From: an uncultured Gemmatimonadales bacterium
GTDB taxonomy: Bacteria; Gemmatimonadota; Gemmatimonadetes; Gemmatimonadales; GWC2-71-9
Assembly: GCA_963825055.1 (NCBI GenBank)
Contig: CAWGSK010000012.1
Coordinates: forward strand, 1-64,000
Direction of reading: 5' to 3'
DNA: 64,000 bases
Below the pieces are notes generated by a model. It was not told where the DNA came from. It made no database searches and saw only the letters and a list, made by a program, of their open reading frames with translations. The translations under genes were made by a program, and so were the position numbers. Below are positions 60,872 through 64,000 of the stretch, piece after piece (position 1 is the stretch's first letter; the number at the start of each line of letters is the position of its first letter).

Positions 60872-63133
60872 ATGACCAGACTCCGCCCGTGGTTCGCCGC
60901 CATCCTGCTCCTCGTCGTTGCCACTCCCGTCCTGGCCGCACAGGAGGCCGACTCCTCGCTCCTCACCGTACACCGGGTCTGGGGCTCCGCGGACTTCCGC
61001 GGCGAATCGTTCGGGCCCGCTCGCTGGCTGAAGGACGGCGCCGCCTATACAACGCTGGAGAAGTCGAAGGACGGATCGGGACGGGACATCGTCCGCTACG
61101 ACACGAAGTCGGGTGATCGCACGGTGCTGGTGACCGCGGCGAATCTCACGCCGAAGGGTGACACGACGGCGTTGTCCATCGAGGGGTACAGCTGGTCGGA
61201 CGACATGCGCCGGCTCCTGGTCTACACCAACTCCGCGCGCGTGTGGCGCCAGAACACGCGCGGCGACTACTGGGTCCTGGACCGGGAGACCGGTGCGCTC
61301 CGGCAGCTCGGCGGCCCCGGTGCCGAGCCGTCCACGCTCATGTTCGCGAAGTTCTCCCCCGACGGGGGCCGCGTTGGCTACGTCCGGAAGAATGATCTGT
61401 ATGTCGAGGATCTGGCGACCGGCACCATTACCCGCCTGACGCGCGACGGTTCCCGTACAGTCATCAACGGCACATTCGACTGGGTCTATGAGGAAGAGCT
61501 GGGCCTGCGGGACGGGTGGCGCTGGAGTCCCGACGGCAGTCGCGTCGCCTACTGGCAGCTCAACGCCGACAGCGTGCGGGACTTCGCACTGGTCAACACG
61601 ACCGACTCCCTCTATGCCCAGGTGGAGGAGATCCAGTACCCGAAGGCAGGCGAAAGCAACTCCGCCGCCCGCGTCGGCGTGGTGCCCTCGACGGGCGGTG
61701 CCACCACGTGGATCGACCTCGCGGGAGACCCGCGCAACCACTATCCCGCGCGGGTCGGCTGGGCCTCGAATAGCACTGAGTTGTACATCGAGCGGCTCAA
61801 CCGCCTGCAGAACACCAGCCACCTGCTCCTCGCCGACGCCCGGACCGGGGCGGCGCGGACGATCCTCACCGAGCAGGACAGCGCGTGGGTGGAGGTGGTG
61901 GATGACATCACCTGGGTCAACGAGGGGAAGAATTTTCTCTGGCTGAGCGAGCGTGACGGCTGGAACCACGCGTACCTGGTGAGCCGGGACGGCCGGTCCG
62001 TCCGCCTGCTGACCCCCGGCGACTACGACATCGCGGGCATCGAGGGCGTGGACGCGAAGGGTGGCTGGCTCTACTATCGCGCGTCGCCCGGCAATCCGAC
62101 CCAGCGATACCTCTACCGCGCCAGGCTGGACGGGAAGGGCAGGCCCGAGCGGCTGACACCGGAGCGATTCAGCGGTACCAACAGCTATGATATCGCGCCC
62201 GGCTACGGCTACGCCTTCCACACGCACTCCTCCTTCGGCGACCCGCCGGTCATGAGCCTCATCACCCTGCCGAAGCACGAGATCGTGCGCACGCTGGTTG
62301 AAAACCGGAAGCTCCACGACGCCGTGGCGGCGCTCCGTCGCGGCCCGCAGGAGTTCGTGAAGGTCAAGGCCGACAGCCAGACGTTCAACGCCTGGGTCAT
62401 GAAGCCGGTCGGGTTCGATGCCTCGCAGAAGTACCCGATCCTGTTCTATGTCTACGGCGGCCCCGGCTCCCAGACCGTGCTCGACAGCTGGGGCGCGGCA
62501 AACTACCTCTGGTATGTCATGCTCACCCAGCGGGGCTACGCCGTGGCCAGCGTGGACAACCGCGGCACGGGCATGCGCGGTCGCGACTGGCGCAAGATCA
62601 TTTACGGCCGCCTGGGCGTGGTCGAGACGAAGGACCAGGCCGCGGCCGCGCGGGCGATTGGCCAGTGGCCCTGGGTGGACCAGAACCGGATGGGCATCTG
62701 GGGCTGGAGTTATGGCGGGTTCATGACCCTGAACGCCATGTTCCGCGCACCGGACGTCTATCGTGCCGGCGTGGCCGTGGCGCCGGTCACCCACTGGAAG
62801 TATTACGACAACATCTACACCGAGCGCTACAACGGGCTGCCCCAGACCAATGCCGCCGGCTACGACGCAGGCAGCCCGCTCTCCCGGGCGGACAGCCTCC
62901 GGGGCGACCTGCTCGTCGTGCATGGGTCGGGCGATGACAATGTCCATTTCCAGAACACCGAGGCACTGCTCAACGCACTGGTGAAGGCGAACAAGCAGTT
63001 CCAGTTCATGGAGTATCCGAACCGCACGCACTCGATCGCGGGAGGCAATACCCGCGAGCACCTGTTCACGCTGATCACGCGATACCTGGATGAGCACCTG
63101 CGCAACCCGCGCTCCATGGCGCTGACGCCGTGA
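60872..63133 (+). CDS. Secreted S9B dipeptidyl peptidase IV
   Basis: Signal peptide; DWVYEEE; GWSYGG nucleophile; DDNVH Asp; RTHSI His. Confidence 0.93.
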   Translation: MTRLRPWFAAILLLVVATPVLAAQEADSSLLTVHRVWGSADFRGESFGPARWLKDGAAYTTLEKSKDGSGRDIVRYDTKSGDRTVLVTAANLTPKGDTTALSIEGYSWSDDMRRLLVYTNSARVWRQNTRGDYWVLDRETGALRQLGGPGAEPSTLMFAKFSPDGGRVGYVRKNDLYVEDLATGTITRLTRDGSRTVINGTFDWVYEEELGLRDGWRWSPDGSRVAYWQLNADSVRDFALVNTTDSLYAQVEEIQYPKAGESNSAARVGVVPSTGGATTWIDLAGDPRNHYPARVGWASNSTELYIERLNRLQNTSHLLLADARTGAARTILTEQDSAWVEVVDDITWVNEGKNFLWLSERDGWNHAYLVSRDGRSVRLLTPGDYDIAGIEGVDAKGGWLYYRASPGNPTQRYLYRARLDGKGRPERLTPERFSGTNSYDIAPGYGYAFHTHSSFGDPPVMSLITLPKHEIVRTLVENRKLHDAVAALRRGPQEFVKVKADSQTFNAWVMKPVGFDASQKYPILFYVYGGPGSQTVLDSWGAANYLWYVMLTQRGYAVASVDNRGTGMRGRDWRKIIYGRLGVVETKDQAAAARAIGQWPWVDQNRMGIWGWSYGGFMTLNAMFRAPDVYRAGVAVAPVTHWKYYDNIYTERYNGLPQTNAAGYDAGSPLSRADSLRGDLLVVHGSGDDNVHFQNTEALLNALVKANKQFQFMEYPNRTHSIAGGNTREHLFTLITRYLDEHLRNPRSMALTP

Positions 63134-63156
63134 CGGAATGCACCACGGAGGTCCCC

Positions 63157-63375
63157 ATGAGCTTCGATGAGATCGTCTCGGTCCTGGGATTCGCCTGTGA
63201 CAATGAACGGGCGGTCCGGATCACGACGACTGACCGCACGGAGGTGATGGGAATTCCCACCACCCTGGACGCCAGCGAGGAAGGGAGCGAGGTGTTCCTG
63301 AAGCTCGCCGGCGACGACGAAACCGAGATCGCTCTGTCGCTGTCCGGGATCGCGCGCGTCGAGCTGATGGGCTGA
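63157..63375 (+). CDS. Small acidic hypothetical protein
   Basis: GGAGG RBS before ATG 63157; fills the gap between the peptidase and sdaAB. Confidence 0.6.
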   Translation: MSFDEIVSVLGFACDNERAVRITTTDRTEVMGIPTTLDASEEGSEVFLKLAGDDETEIALSLSGIARVELMG

Positions 63376-63377
63376 GC

Positions 63378-64000
63378 GTGGTCTCGTTGCTGGACATCAT
63401 CGGCCCGGTCATGGTCGGGCCGTCTTCCTCGCATACGGCAGGCGCCTGCCGGCTGGGGCTGTTCGCCCGTGGACTGGTGGGGGGCCAGCCAGAACAGGCG
63501 AAAGTGGAGCTCCACGGCAGCTTCGCCCGGACCGGCCAGGGCCACGGCACCGACCGGGCCATCGCGGGCGGGCTCCTCGGCTTCCTGCCGGACGACGAGC
63601 GGCTGCGCGAGAGCCTGGCCCTGGCCGGCGCCGCCGGGCTCGAGGTCACGTTCGGCAACGTGAAGCTCCGCGGCGAGCCGCACCCGAATACGGCCCGCCT
63701 CACGGTGACCCGGGACAACCAGACCGCGGTCATGGTCGGTTCCAGCATCGGGGCGGGACGCATCGTCATCACGTCCATCGACGGCTTCCCGGTCGAGATC
63801 ACCGGCGCCTATCCCACCATTGTCTTCGTGGCGGCCGATACGCCGGGGACCGTGGCAGCGGTGAGCGCGGTCCTGGCGGGTCACGGCGGGAACATCGCCA
63901 CCATGCGGGTGTCGCGCCGGGCACGCGGGGGGGACGCCATCCACATCTATGAACTCGACAGCACACCCGGCGAGGCGGCCCTGCAGGCGATCGGCACGCT
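63378..64000 (+). CDS. sdaAB: Fe-S L-serine dehydratase beta subunit (runs off window end)
   Basis: Read manually from GTG 63378: MVSLLDIIGPVMVGPSSSHTAGACR, LHGSFARTGQGHGTDRA, HPNTA, GSSIGAG, followed by an ACT-like region. Confidence 0.92.
   Translation, partial: MVSLLDIIGPVMVGPSSSHTAGACRLGLFARGLVGGQPEQAKVELHGSFARTGQGHGTDRAIAGGLLGFLPDDERLRESLALAGAAGLEVTFGNVKLRGEPHPNTARLTVTRDNQTAVMVGSSIGAGRIVITSIDGFPVEITGAYPTIVFVAADTPGTVAAVSAVLAGHGGNIATMRVSRRARGGDAIHIYELDSTPGEAALQAIGT

Overview
High-GC bacterial DNA, probably Gemmatimonadota. This is inferred from the paralogous 'ALADRYRIERQLGxGGMATVYLAxDLKHxRxVAIKVLRPELA' Ser/Thr kinase-beta-propeller genes. I found no rRNA, tRNA, CRISPR array or transposase. 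(1) 0.1-21 kb is a signalling block: three tandem multi-GAF/PAS hybrid histidine kinases, a single-domain response regulator, an unusual HisKA-REC-Ser/Thr kinase fusion, two Ser/Thr kinase-TolB-like paralogues, a Tat-exported GHL10-like protein, and a four-domain multicopper oxidase with reversed Cu-motif order. (2) 22.2-43.3 kb is the highlight. A minus-strand four-gene porin-multiheme cytochrome operon carries 42 CxxCH plus 3 CX4CH motifs, including a NapC/NrfH-like membrane anchor fused into a 20-heme chain. It is transcribed divergently from a complete membrane-bound group 1 [NiFe]-hydrogenase operon (S, L, cyt b, protease, hypABFCDE). That operon runs on into an atypical cytochrome c maturation module: CxxxY CcmE, CcmF, Tat-signal CcmH, and an apparently split CcmI whose halves each carry a double zinc ribbon. 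Together this suggests an H2-to-cell-surface electron conduit; HypA lacks its zinc finger. (3) 43.3-64 kb holds mixed genes: heptamer repeat arrays, a threonine dehydratase-like gene, an indel-riddled stretch (Rieske/FAD reductase, cupredoxin, DUF4142, HTH regulator, threonine aldolase), a TPR-macro-pseudo-transglutaminase-ABC operon, uvrA, an MFS transporter, a DPP-IV peptidase and a partial sdaAB. All calls come from motif reading by eye; no database searches were run.
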